Assembly (NCBI RefSeq): GCF_009834535.1
Contig: NC_045696.1
Coordinates: forward strand, 19,408,001 to 19,472,000
Length of the DNA: 64,000 bases
Source: Camelus ferus
Taxonomy: Eukaryota
Direction: 5' to 3'
Within the stretch, counting starts at the first letter, position 1. The number at the start of each line of letters is the position of its first letter. The notes below the pieces were generated by a model. That model did no database searches and was not told the origin of the DNA. It was given only the letters and a program-made list of their open reading frames with translations. A program made the translations under genes and the position numbers. This document shows, piece by piece, positions 26,778 through 39,300 of this stretch.

Positions 26778-26951
26778 TTGAGATTGTTTCTGATCTTTTC
26801 TATTACAATAAATACTGCAGGGAATGCCAAGTGCATAGTTTACTTACCCTTAGGTGAATATATCCAAATCACACATATAATCTACATGAGTCTAATTCCT
26901 GCCTGGTATAAATTACATTTAATTATACTTTAAGTGACATCAGAATCATGA
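26778..26951 (+). repeat. 174-bp direct repeat, copy 1
   Basis: Ungapped match to 27965-28138, 11 mismatches by manual count (~94%). Confidence 0.95.
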
Positions 26952-27964
26952 TCAATATTGCCTACGGAATTCTAAAGAGTGACAAGGCAATATTTTGTTT
27001 AAATTGGCATAAAATTTATGCCAACATTTATAGAAAATTTTACAACTGACAGACTTCTAAACATTATATAAATTCCAGCACGATTTCTAGAACTGATTAT
27101 TAAGCAGAAAATGATGACAAGTATAGCAGAGCAGTTAAGAGGTTGTGTCTTAGAACCCAACTGGCTGACTCTCCCAATAGCTCACTGCATAAGCATTTTT
27201 TACAATTCATCAATTCTTAAATAAAAATGTAAAGTTCATATAAATAATGGCATCATTAGCAAAATCCAAACTTTGGGATAGATTGGGAAAAATATTTGCA
27301 ACAAATGCAACATCCAATGATTAAGGGTCATGTTATGTAATCAACAAGTGAAAGAAAAGTTAAATAACTCTATGAAAGTGTGTAAAGAATATGAAGAGGA
27401 AACAAAATCATAAAACAAATAGACTCAACACAGATCAGAAAAAACAAAATTTAAACGATATTTTTCATTTATTGGATAAAAAAATTGATAATATTCAATG
27501 TTTGAAAAGCTACAGGAAAATTTATAATCTGTGATTATTTGGAAGTGTGAACTGGTGTTGTCTTTCATGGGCAATTTGCCAGCATTTTTCAGTTTTGATC
27601 TTCCATCCCACATGTAGGAGTTTCATGTATATTTACAATAGGATTTAGGTAAAAATGAAGTTCAAAACATCATATTTACTTCAATATTATAAAGATACTG
27701 AAAATTTCATCTAAATTATAACAATTATAACAATATAACAGTAATTTATAAAGATATTGAAAGTTTCATCTAAATTAAAACAATAGATAAATGGATAAAT
27801 ACATTATGGTATACATGGTATACAATCTATAGAATACTACTTATACAGAAAGAGTGAGAAATTCATGAACTGAAACGAGACATTACTGTCGTGCATTGTT
27901 ATGTGAGACAAATTGCAATAAAATATATACATGCATATATATGAATAAATATATATAGATCAGT

Positions 27965-28138
27965 TTGAGATTGTTTCCAATCTTTTCTATTATAATAAAT
28001 GCTGCAAGGAATACCAAGTGCATAGTTTACTTACCCTTAGGTGAATATATCCAAAGCACACATATAATCTCCATGAGTCTAATTCCTACCCTGTATAAAT
28101 TACATTTAATTATACTTTAAGTGACATCAGAATCATGA
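27965..28138 (+). repeat. 174-bp direct repeat, copy 2
   Basis: Ungapped match to 26778-26951. Confidence 0.95.
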
Positions 28139-28629
28139 AGCCATCTTGTATGCCATTGACTTTAATCTTCTTTTTCTGCAATATACTGTTCTTTAAACGT
28201 GAATGCTCTAAGTGTGTGATTAATGTGTTTTGTAATAAACCTACATGATCTTATAACTTGTGATAATAAGAAAGGACTAGTCTCAGAATGCTTGAGATCA
28301 TGTTTAGAAGCTAGTGTAAATCCAATTATTCAAATCAATTATATCCTTTTTCTGACTGATATTTTATATAATTTTTTTCCAATTTGAACAATGAATTTTC
28401 AAAAAAGAGTTGAAAACTCTTTTCCAAAGGCAGAGGAAATTGTGACTTAAAAAGCTATGATGGATAACAAGATGGAATGAACCATGTGTTTTCATCTTCC
28501 CAAGTCTTTAAGGTTAATTAAACTCAGGCAGGAATTACAAACAGAAGTGTTTGTGGATAAATTACTAATTAATATTCAAATAAAAATAAACAGCATAACT
28601 TGGGTATATCTTGTTGTTTTGCACATAGT

Positions 28630-29450
28630 CACCACCATCCCTCTGGTTAATTAAAACAAAAACATGAAGGTCTTCTTTGATTTCTCTTTCTCTCCAAGGC
28701 AGATCAGTCAGCAGTAGCTGATGCTACCTTGATTCTATCTAATGCTATGCACTTTTCTATGCCTATAGTACCACTAGCTTGGTACAAAAGACCATAATTT
28801 TTCATGTGGTGTATCTCAAGATTCTTCTACCCAGTCTCCTTGATTTTAAACCTTCCCTCTACATATACCAACCTTCCAGTAATCCATTCTTCACTAGTAG
28901 CTAAAGAAATCTTAGGGGAAAAAAAAATTTAGTAGCTTTCTATTTAAAAAATACTTTTCCTTACTTTGACCCAAAGAAGATTAAATACTTTCGTATTAAG
29001 ATAATTCTCCTGCCTGATATTTATACCTGTTTCTGTCTCTGCTTCACTCCATTCAGATCCATCTGGCCTTTAACAGAGTAAGCTTCCCCCTGTCTTAACA
29101 ATCTGTGTATATATTGTTACAAAAATACTTGCTTAGAATTGCCTCCCCTCATGGTTATATTTCTGGGTCTTTATCACTCACTCTTCAGCTTAAGTTTCAC
29201 CTCCCTTGAGAGGTCTTAAATGATCCACCTCTAGTAATGGTTTATCACTCTATTTTTTGTTTTTCCTAGTGCTTATCATTACCAGACATTTTTACTTTTA
29301 ATGTTTATTATCTGTCTTCATGCATTAAAATATGAATTCCATGTGAACAACGTTCTTGTTTGTTTTGTTCACCACTTGATCCCTAGATTATATAACAATG
29401 CTTATTACCTACAATTTATTCCATTTAGTGAATAGTTGAGCAAGAATGAA
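28630..29450 (+). mobile_element. L2 3' fragment
   Basis: Pyrimidine-rich L2 motifs ending 'ttgttttgttcacc...ccctag...acaatgctt...tgaatagttgagcaagaatgaa'. Confidence 0.7.
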
Positions 29451-30104
29451 GATATATAAAATTCAGTTTTGAGTTATGTGTGTGTATATTTATATGTATC
29501 ATATATATATAAATGTGTAACTATGGTATATAGTACATAGTTTTCTCACTATGTGAAAAAGAAACTAAACTAAATTTGATGACATGTTTGTTTAGTTAAT
29601 AAGACAATTTAAAAATACAGCAAGTTATTAGGAAGTAAAACACGTTCCTATGAGCAAAATAAAATATACCGGATAGTGAATTGTTTCCACCATATTTGCT
29701 ATGTGATTAATATCTCTTTCAAGCATGAAGTAGAGTCTAATTTTGGTTTTTTCTTTGCTATGTGTTGTGTCCAACAAGTAAGAAGGTGACATTTTGATTG
29801 TGAATTTAACCTGCTTTTTTAAGATTGAAAATGTAGGCTATCTAATTTATCATCCCATGAAGTGAAACTATTCCTTACAGAATATCCATAAGAAATATAG
29901 ACAAATTGCCTAGTAGGAATGAAATAGGCTTGGAGATTTAAAAAAAATGCAGCCATGCAAAATGGATTCTCCTATATCTAGAGTCTAGAAAATAATTTAT
30001 GAGACCATACGCTCCTAAATGTATACAGGAAAATGCATAGAAGTGACTCAACAATAAAAAGATGTACGAAATGGCTACCATTGGTGCAGATGTGTGATAC
30101 TCAC

Positions 30105-30309
30105 AGGTATGCAGCTTTTCCCTCTTCAAGTTCTTTACTTTTGCCACTGGAGCCACTTTTCTTCCCACACATTCTCCTGGTGATGCACATCAATAACCCA
30201 CATTGTCGGATAAAGAAGCAGCTGACATCTGTTACCACAAGGATTAGCAAGAGGGCGGCAACTCCCAGACCAATGACCGCTCCAAGCCCAAGACCATTAA
30301 AAAGTGTGT
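30105..30309 (-). CDS. NCAM2: NCAM2 transmembrane/juxtamembrane exon ((D)[67 protein letters not shown](L))
   Basis: Acceptor ttttttaag|AC (AG at 30310-30311), donor CT|gtgagt. 205 bp, phase 1 to phase 2. TM helix plus four juxtamembrane Cys (palmitoylation-type cluster of NCAMs). Not called in this frame by the ORF track. Confidence 0.97.
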
Positions 30310-31600
30310 CTTAAAAAATAAAAGAGAACAATTTTATTAAACCCCAAATTAGAAAAGATTATACAATTATTTAAAAAAGAAATCATCTAATCCTAGAAAC
30401 ACTTATCTCAAGAGACAGGAAAAATAAATTCACTGGCAGACTTCGATTTCATAATTGTTGAGAGCTATTGTCTGGTTTTCAAATACCATTTTAAGCAACT
30501 GACATGTTAAGGATTTGAAATATTTTTTACAAATTTTCCTTAGAATAAAAAACTCTAAGTGACTCTTCTTACTAATATACTTCTTGATTCCCTTTGGGAA
30601 AGATAATGAATATTATCATAACCCTAACTATACTCTGTCAAAAAGTCACAGCCATTAATAGATCATCACTTTGTTAAAAGAAAAATACAGTCAAAATTCC
30701 TCAAAAGAAGTGTTAAATGTTCCATACAGAATTATTTTAATTTTAAGGCTTAAGCTTGCAAATGATGGCCTTACCAGTTTGCTTTGACAGATAATACACT
30801 TTACAAGTATCTGCTTAGAAATATTTTTAAAATTATCATTTTTAGAATAAATGGTTTACTTGTATTTTCCAGTTAATATTTTAAGAAATCATATTAAACT
30901 AGGGGCAAACTTTAAAAGAACTATGGTACTTATGACCTTTCTGATGTCGTATCATGAAGAGGTCAGGGGAAGTTGGGAGACAATTTTTCTTGGCATGTAG
31001 TTGCAGGAAAATCATATGCAAAGTACCCAGGAAAGAGATGATTGAGACTAGGGTGGAATATGCTGACTGAGAAAGTAGACATGGCAGAGGGGCTGGTATG
31101 GAGAAAACGGATCAAATGTTAAATGCCTGTAATTGAATATGAGGGCAGACTACTGAGCTATAACAATGTAGTTAGGAGAATGAGGGCAATGGAAAAACAC
31201 AGGATTAAACTGGCGATATTGTGTTATCTAGAGGGAAAAAAAAAGACACTTTTATAGAATTATTCAAAGATGACTCAACATGATTAGGTAAAAATTTGCT
31301 TACATAACATTATAAAATTATAATGATCTTTTCTTAAAGATGAAATACACTTATCACTCAGCATCATAACAGCATGCTCAGTATGTGAGTGATGTGTATT
31401 ACAAGTGACAGATACAGGGACAGATGCAAATTTTGGTTTTGAGAAAACCATTTCTGAAAAAATGTATATGTAAAACAAAGATTTGGTAAGTCATGTGTTT
31501 TAAATTAGGTTTAATATATTTTAATAATGACTTGAAGAATTGTGATCCAAAGGAATCGATATAACTATTTTTTTTAAACATCTTGATGAGTTTGGGCTAC

Positions 31601-31935
31601 TTATTTTTTTTTAAATTTTTTTTATTGAGTTATAGTCATTTTACAATGTTGTGTCAACTTCAGTGTAGAGCACAATTTTTCAGTTATACATGAACATACA
31701 TATATTGATAGTCACATTTCTTTTTCACTGTGAGCTACCACAAGATCCTGTATATATTTCTCTGTGCTATACAGTATAATCTTGTTTATCTATTCTACAT
31801 ATATCTGTCAATATCTACAAATTTTGAACTCCCAGTCTATCCCTTTTCACCCTCCTCCCCCTTGGCAACCACAACTTTATATTATATGTCTATGAGTCTG
31901 TTTCTGTTTTGTATTTAGGTTCTTTTTTTTTTTTA
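31601..31935 (-). mobile_element. Short, young 5'-truncated L1 3' end with TSD
   Basis: Poly(T) plus tttattgagttatagtc..., 'ctatgagtctgtttctgttttgta'. TSD gatataactattttttt at 31558 and 31936. Confidence 0.85.
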
Positions 31936-33149
31936 GATATAACTATTTTTTTAGACATAATTATTCTTATTTTGAATCTTCCACTAACAGGCTAGTCTTG
32001 AATATATCACATCTGTCTGAATCCTAGTTTATTTTTATGAACCTCATGTCTCAATTTATTTTATTTTTTTCCAGGAAATACATGTTATTTATATTTCTTA
32101 ACACTCTCAGAGCTTGAAAATAGATTAATAAAAACCATTCTATTTGTGACATTGGTGCCTGACACTCACCAGGCAACTCTTGTTCACCTGTGCTGAAATA
32201 CAGCTGTACTTCTCCAGCGTCCCATGATGTTGCAAATAAGAATTCTTTAAGTACTGAATCAACAAACTGGGAACTCACATGCCCAAGAAAAGTGTAATTT
32301 TGATTATAATTATTTTATTTCTGATAATGAGAAACAGGTAATAAACACAAAACAATGTTGGAGGAAAAAAAAATATTTTCATGCCAATTTCAGAATCTCC
32401 TTCCACATCAAAGTTTAACACCCTATTTAGATGGTTTTAGTGTAGCAAAATTTCCTAGCTCATATCCAAAGAAATCATTAGCTTCCACAGAACTATTCTC
32501 TTATCACATGAACCCACTTTAAGGAAAGACTAGAGAAACAAAAGGATTTTTCAGCCATGGAAATTTAGTGGGGTTTTTTTTGGCCAAGTTCCAATATACA
32601 GATAGGCAATGAGATTCCAAATATGATTTATCATTCTCAAAGGTGTATTTATTTGCAAGATTAAAACAATGCTATAAAACAATGTATCAAGAAAATGATT
32701 TCTTTTAGCAATTTAAAAAATCATTTTATACATTTGCTTCCATTATCTATTTTAAAATATAAATGATTCTCATTGAATCTAGGATTGCAATATAATGAAG
32801 ACAACTCGCCTGTGAAATACTTTTGATTGTATATAAGGCAAAAATACACTTTTTTCAAAATTCATAAGAAATCATTTTGGGTGTTCTGTGCATGATTCAA
32901 TAATCAAAGCTGAGACAAGCGTAGTAGAAAAATACATATCCGATTGGGCTTTAGCCGCTGTAGATATACTGACTCAATGACATTCAAGCTTTAAACTAAT
33001 CACTTCTTACCTACTTCGTTTAGGCTCCTCTCACATGCGGACGTAGTTCTAGGCAATAAATCTCATAGCTCAGTGATGATATATCTGGTCCAGTATATAA
33101 ATCTCCATTTATCTTTTTAAAATGTGAAGACTCTTGCTTTGTACTAAAA

Positions 33150-33390
33150 TACACTAGAGCTGGTGTCAGAAAATTCGGGTTCCATCACTTACTCCTGTGT
33201 ATCCTTGGCTGTGTCAGCTAACTTTTCTCTAAGCCTAAGATGCCTCTTCATTGAAATGGGGACAATTAGGAAACAACCACCACAAACTGGGTTATGAGGT
33301 TGTTGGAAAAATTGTTGTGAGTATAATAACGTATTTAACATTTCAAACACTTACTGCCCAGCACTAAGCAAAAATTTAACAATTTTATTT
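33150..33390 (+). mobile_element. MIR SINE
   Basis: 'ccatcacttact..tgtgtatccttgg...taacttttctctaagcct..tcttcattgaaatggggacaat'. Confidence 0.7.
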
Positions 33391-36300
33391 TTTAAACCAT
33401 TATTATACTCCTACTATGCAAATTTTTATTTTATTATTATTGTACTATGCAAAATTCTGGGAAAATCATATTTTGGTGAAAAAATAGACCATTTAAAGTT
33501 AGTCCATTAAATATATTTCTTCATCAGCAAACTTCAGTATCTCTTATTAAGCATTGATTATTCTCCTGAGAATACAGGAGACTTAGGGTTTTTTTTTTTT
33601 TTAATGACTTAGGTTTAGCTAGTTAGCTTTTAGATGATAAATATTTTATTTGTGACCTTTTAACATTAAACCAGTATATCGATCTCTTTCATTCCCAAGT
33701 TAGAAAAAGCTCTTAGAAACATTATATTTCTAAAGCACCTTATGGTGAGGGAATATTGATGCTAAAGTAGCTATTACTTTTTTTCTAGAGAAACAAAATT
33801 ATACCTTTTAAGCTTATGATTACAATATTGGAATATTACTTGAAATTATTTTTATGAAAAACCAAATATAATTTTGTCACTATGGAGGATAGGCATGGAC
33901 ATCAAATAGGTTTATGCTATAAATATATAAGTATGTTGTCTTTTGAAAGTTATGTTTTTTTTTTAAATTTCAGCTTGAGAATGTATATAAATGCTTACAC
34001 TTTCTCTTATCCCATGAAGTTAGGCTACAATAACTATACAAGCTAAATATTCTAATGTTTTCTCTTTTTTCTGCCACCATCTTCCTCCACTGTGAAAGTT
34101 CATTTACTTGTTTTTGGACTTTTCACAAACAAAGCTGTAACTCTATGTAACATTACATCACTAGGATTTGTGCTCTAGCAGTAATTTATTTTCTCAGTAA
34201 TATACAAAAAAAAAATTTCTTGATAAGTTAATTATGATTTTAATTGTATAACAAATAGAAACTGAGCATAGCAACCATTTACAGGATTTTTAAATGCATC
34301 TTTTCTTTTATAGCTTCCCAAATACTTACATGTGTGTTTTATGATATAATTTTTATTACAACTCTATAAATATGTATTTTCAGGTCTACCTTCTACATAA
34401 TGAAAATGAGGAACAGAAACTACAGTGACCTAAGTCACAAGAGAACCCTTACTTAATATTAGATCTGTACAAATGAAGACTAGCTTCAGGTTTTATTTTT
34501 TTATACCTGTATTCAAGTCATTATTTTGTATTTGATATTCAGCATCAAATAATCAAAAGACAGCAATAAAATATAGAATAAATTAAAATGTATAATTTGC
34601 TTACATAAAAATATCAATATCCATTTCTCCTATACTACTAGTGGATAAACAGCTATTTAAATAAAGTATAATAATACAAACAATTATTTCTTGCTTTTAT
34701 ATATTTTTGATTCTTGCTTTCAGCTCCTTTATTAGTGATCTTTTCTATGCTCTTTTGAAAAGAGATTTCATATTAGAATTGTATAAGAATAAATAATTTA
34801 GAAATCAAAAAGTTCAAACATCTATTTTTGGTAGACATTTTATTGTCAAAAAAAAATGAGAGTCAATCTAAACGAATTTGTATAACCTCCCTCAACACTG
34901 CGCCTCCCACACCATGAAATTTGTTTAGCTAGGCAATTTCTAACTTTTTCTAACAATTTAGATATTGGCTAATTAAACCAAACCAACCAAACTAAATTTC
35001 TAAATTGGCTAACTAAACCAATACATATCCCCAAACCTTTATGTAATTGCATTCTAATTGTCATCAAAATATAAAATCAAAGCACTAAAATAAGAAAAAA
35101 AAATTTATTCCAAATATGCCACCTGCATGTCTTTTCATGTTTCTGTTGCATAAATTAACTCACTGCCAAAACACTGAGTTAATTTTCCAAGAAAATTATA
35201 CTTGATATTAAAAAATCAGTATCCTTTATTCATAAAACTAACATTGCTTTTTGACTCCTTAAATAGTTCAGGATTTTATTTAACTCTTTTTCTATAGATT
35301 GAGAACTACTTTTAGATGTGGAAAGCTGTGATAAAGATATGGAGAAAAAAAATGCTTTTTTAATTTGTAGGGTCCTAATGGAGATTTGTTTGTTGCTCCC
35401 AGGATAGTGGTTCTTATTTTCATAAGAGGTACTGCTAAATACAGTAAATTTAAGTGTATAAAAGACAACAAGAAAAACTCTTTTGATGTTTATCATAACA
35501 TGACTAGATATGATACCTGTCCACAATAGAAGTAGGTCTATTCGTCTCCTGTTTACCTGTTCTTCCTTCATCCTGCCTAGTGTGACACACCTTCAAATAT
35601 CAAATGATCTATGGAAAATCGAGACACAAATCTATACACACGTATGTTTCACCCTATGTGGAAAGAGATGGAGTGGGCAACTCTGCATTTGAAATCCATC
35701 TAAGCCACAATGGTCAGCTACTTTAAAATCAGACATCTAGATTACCCAAAGATGTTTGTGTCCACATAGTTTCATTATTTTCTTAAAGGATCATTAATCC
35801 ACTTATGTTTCACAAACCTTCATTGAGTGTTACAGAATTATTACAGAATTAGAAAGGTTTCCTGTTATGTACTAAGATGGAATAAAATTAACAGAAGTCT
35901 TTATTTAGGCTTATTCTATACATCTATTTAAAATTTGAAACAACACGACTTTCAGATCATCTAAGTTCATTTTTACTTATGAAGCATCAGTTTCCCAAAT
36001 TTAACTTCACTTACTGGATTCCAAAAAACACAACAAAGGAACAAAGGGATGAGATTTTTAGATTAAGAAGGACATACAGTTAATACCTAGAGCTTTTGCT
36101 AGGATTATGGTAATCGCCTCGCATTGCAGAAGTTTCATTCTAGGGTAATACATGCTTTTAAGAGAAAACATATTGCACTAATTTAAAAGCCAACTACCAT
36201 CCTTAAAGATTTCACATAGTTTCTTTTGTTATGTTAGACAGCTGTTTTCTAAAATCACCTGCCATTTATATATTTGAAAATTATTTTAAACTAATAATGT

Positions 36301-39300
36301 TCTGTGATTTTTTTTTTAGGATCCCCCAAATCAACTAAGAATAAGGAAGTATAATAGAAAAAGCCAAAATACAAAAATAAGGCTAAAGTCTAGACTATGC
36401 CAACAGAAAAATATATTTTTAAAATATTTTAAAATTTTAATGTTTTACAGCTTTTAAAACAGTGGGGATATTGAAAATCAATTACAATCCCAAGATTCCC
36501 CCAGCAAAGACAAAGCTGCAGGCTTTGCATTTCTTGGCATAATCCACTTGTCAAGACAGAAAATAATGTTTTCCAACCCTGAGGAGATGTGTAGGGAAAT
36601 GCTGCATTTATAAGACTTTCTGTTTCCTACAGAGAATCTCTGACCTGCTAAACACAACCTACATTAGTTATGATTTGTCTTTAGACTACATAGTCTTCTC
36701 ACTTATACTAAATGAGGAATCAGGCATAATGACATATTTAAATATTTTAGGTATTTAGAAAAATGATTCCAAATATCTACTTTTACATATTTGAAACAAC
36801 ATGAATTTCAGATCATCTTTTGCAGGTATAATCACAAACAGAGGAAAAAAACTGATTTGTGTACGTTGTAAAATTCACCGTTATAGAGGGAAATGTTGAA
36901 ACTGCTGATATTAACAATCTAAGCACGATGCCACACTATTTCCATTTCTCCAAATACCACATTACTTTTGTTATGTCATGACTTGGGTATCCTGCATTTA
37001 TGGTGACTGCTGTTCATCCCTGAATTGATGGATCTATTGAGTTTTGATTCATGTTTGAACTTCTGAGGTTTCCAATGTCTTGTCAATATCCCTTTAATTG
37101 TATTAAATAGAAAGAAGCAAATCATTGCAAACTGTATCATCAAGGATGATTGAAAATATCATTTTCCATTAATTCAAATATTTTAAATATTCAAACAACA
37201 AACTCAAGAGCAACTATGATTGGAGTTTATATTCTTCTTCTAATCCAAGCCACTTTTTAAATTGCTTCCCCGTACAACCCCAAAGGAAAATTATTTCATT
37301 CTATGATAATGTGATTTTCTTTTAAGTTTTAAACAAGTAACATTTCATAATATATTGATCCTTTGAGGAAATTGCAATGTACAATTATAAGACATAAAAA
37401 TAATTATAAAGATGATAAAAATAAATGTTGATGGAAACTCTAATTTTTTTTATGTCCACTGTGGTATTGTTCACTCATTTTGTGGCCCACTTACTATAAT
37501 TCGACATCTCTAAATCATAATTGTAATTTTATTCTCTTTCCTTACTGATGAAATGTGGATAATAATTCCCATGTGTCCTAGCTAAATATTATTTGAGAAT
37601 CATAGGAAGCTACATTGAAAATTCCAAAACACTAAACAAATACTTTGTTATTGCATTTACTACACCTGTTACTCACAACTTTGTTTCTAGCAACTTATTA
37701 TTCTTTGTTTATAGCATCTTCTTTTTAAAAATGAAAACTTCTCTACTTTTACCCAAAACTCCTAGATTTTAGCTCAAATATTTGAGCATTCATGAACTAT
37801 GATTCATAAAAATAATTGTAAAATGCATGTTTATATTTTACAAGTGTTTTTTCATGATTGTTTTTGATAAACACTCTATATTAAGGCCTAAGTTTTAAGT
37901 ATATTTTCATTCTTCTAGCTTTCAATGTGCATTTCATTGTGATCAGAACTCAAGTTTTTTTGTGTAATATTTCTTTTTTATTTATTCATTATTCATATAG
38001 TAAGTTATTTTTTTGGTTAGTCCCTTATTTCCATATGTCAGATTAAAAGCCTTTTTGATCATGGAAAGATGTTGAAATGAATGATAATGCTCTTACTGTT
38101 TCTGACGGGTGACACTGACTTTTGCTCAGTTTGGGGACAAGAATATATATATAGTTATCATTTTTGTTAGTTTTATTGTTCTGATTATTTTGCACAGTAT
38201 TTTAGACACATTTATCTTTATTTAAATAAAAATAAGATGAAGACTCTCAAAAGATGATTAAAAAGTGGATCCAAGTCTCCTTCCTAAATTAAGACTTATA
38301 CTCCCTTTGTGTTTTAATCTTTTACTTTGTCATCTGTCTGTTCCCTTTTGGACAAATCATAGCATTTATGAGATAAAGCATTTATATCATCCAGCTTCCT
38401 GACAAAATGAACTTATTAGCAATTTTTTAAGTGCAATCAAGTTCATTTTATTCAGATATTTAATTGCTTACTGAACTAGTTGTAAGAAAACCATGGATAT
38501 AACATAATCTCACACATTTTTCAGTGAATTATTTAAAGGAAAAAAAGTACATAATGCTGGTAAATCTGTGATGGTGTGAAAAGAGTACTGTCATCAGTGA
38601 AGAGAAAACTGCAAAGAGTCTTTTATGAAAAATTGCATTTTGGAAAAAGAATACTGGAATTTTGAAATTGAAAACCTTAAAAATATATTAAAAATCAAAA
38701 CTATTAGAATCTTGAGGAAATAGTTATATGAAATTATACCAATTTCTAAGTGCTTTGTGATCTGTCTGAGGGATTTTTAGTTTTTAGAATCACATAAAAG
38801 TAGCTAGCTGTGTTTTAAATGAACATGTATTGAGTTCATCTGAGCTCCTTATGTACCTAGAAACAAATCATGAAAGTCATGTTGGAGGTTAATCCTTACG
38901 TGAAATTTCACTGTGTATGATTTTTCACCTTTCTTGTTCTTCGATGATACTATTTGTAGTATTCACACATTAATTTAGGCATTTGAAATGATCAGATTTT
39001 AAAAATTATAAGGAAAATTCACCAACATTTTCAACATTACTCAAATATATCAATAAAGCCTTATGTTGTTATTCATACATGTTTAAACCTTCAGGCTACT
39101 TTCAGTACATGTTAAAAAGATGATCATGTCTTTTCTGTGTGTACTCTGTTAAACAGTATTGATGTAGACAGTCAATTGCTTAATACTAAATTTCTTTTCA
39201 TACAACCCTACTATTTTGGGGAGCGGGGTAAAGATTGTATTTTATATCACCTGTTCCTTATTAACATGTCTCTATTCTCCAGTCATTTTGATTTTTCTCT

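Noticed and set aside
30033..30314. 93-aa plus-strand ORF and the overlapping 76-aa minus ORF
   Set aside because: Antisense and off-frame shadows of the NCAM2 transmembrane exon.
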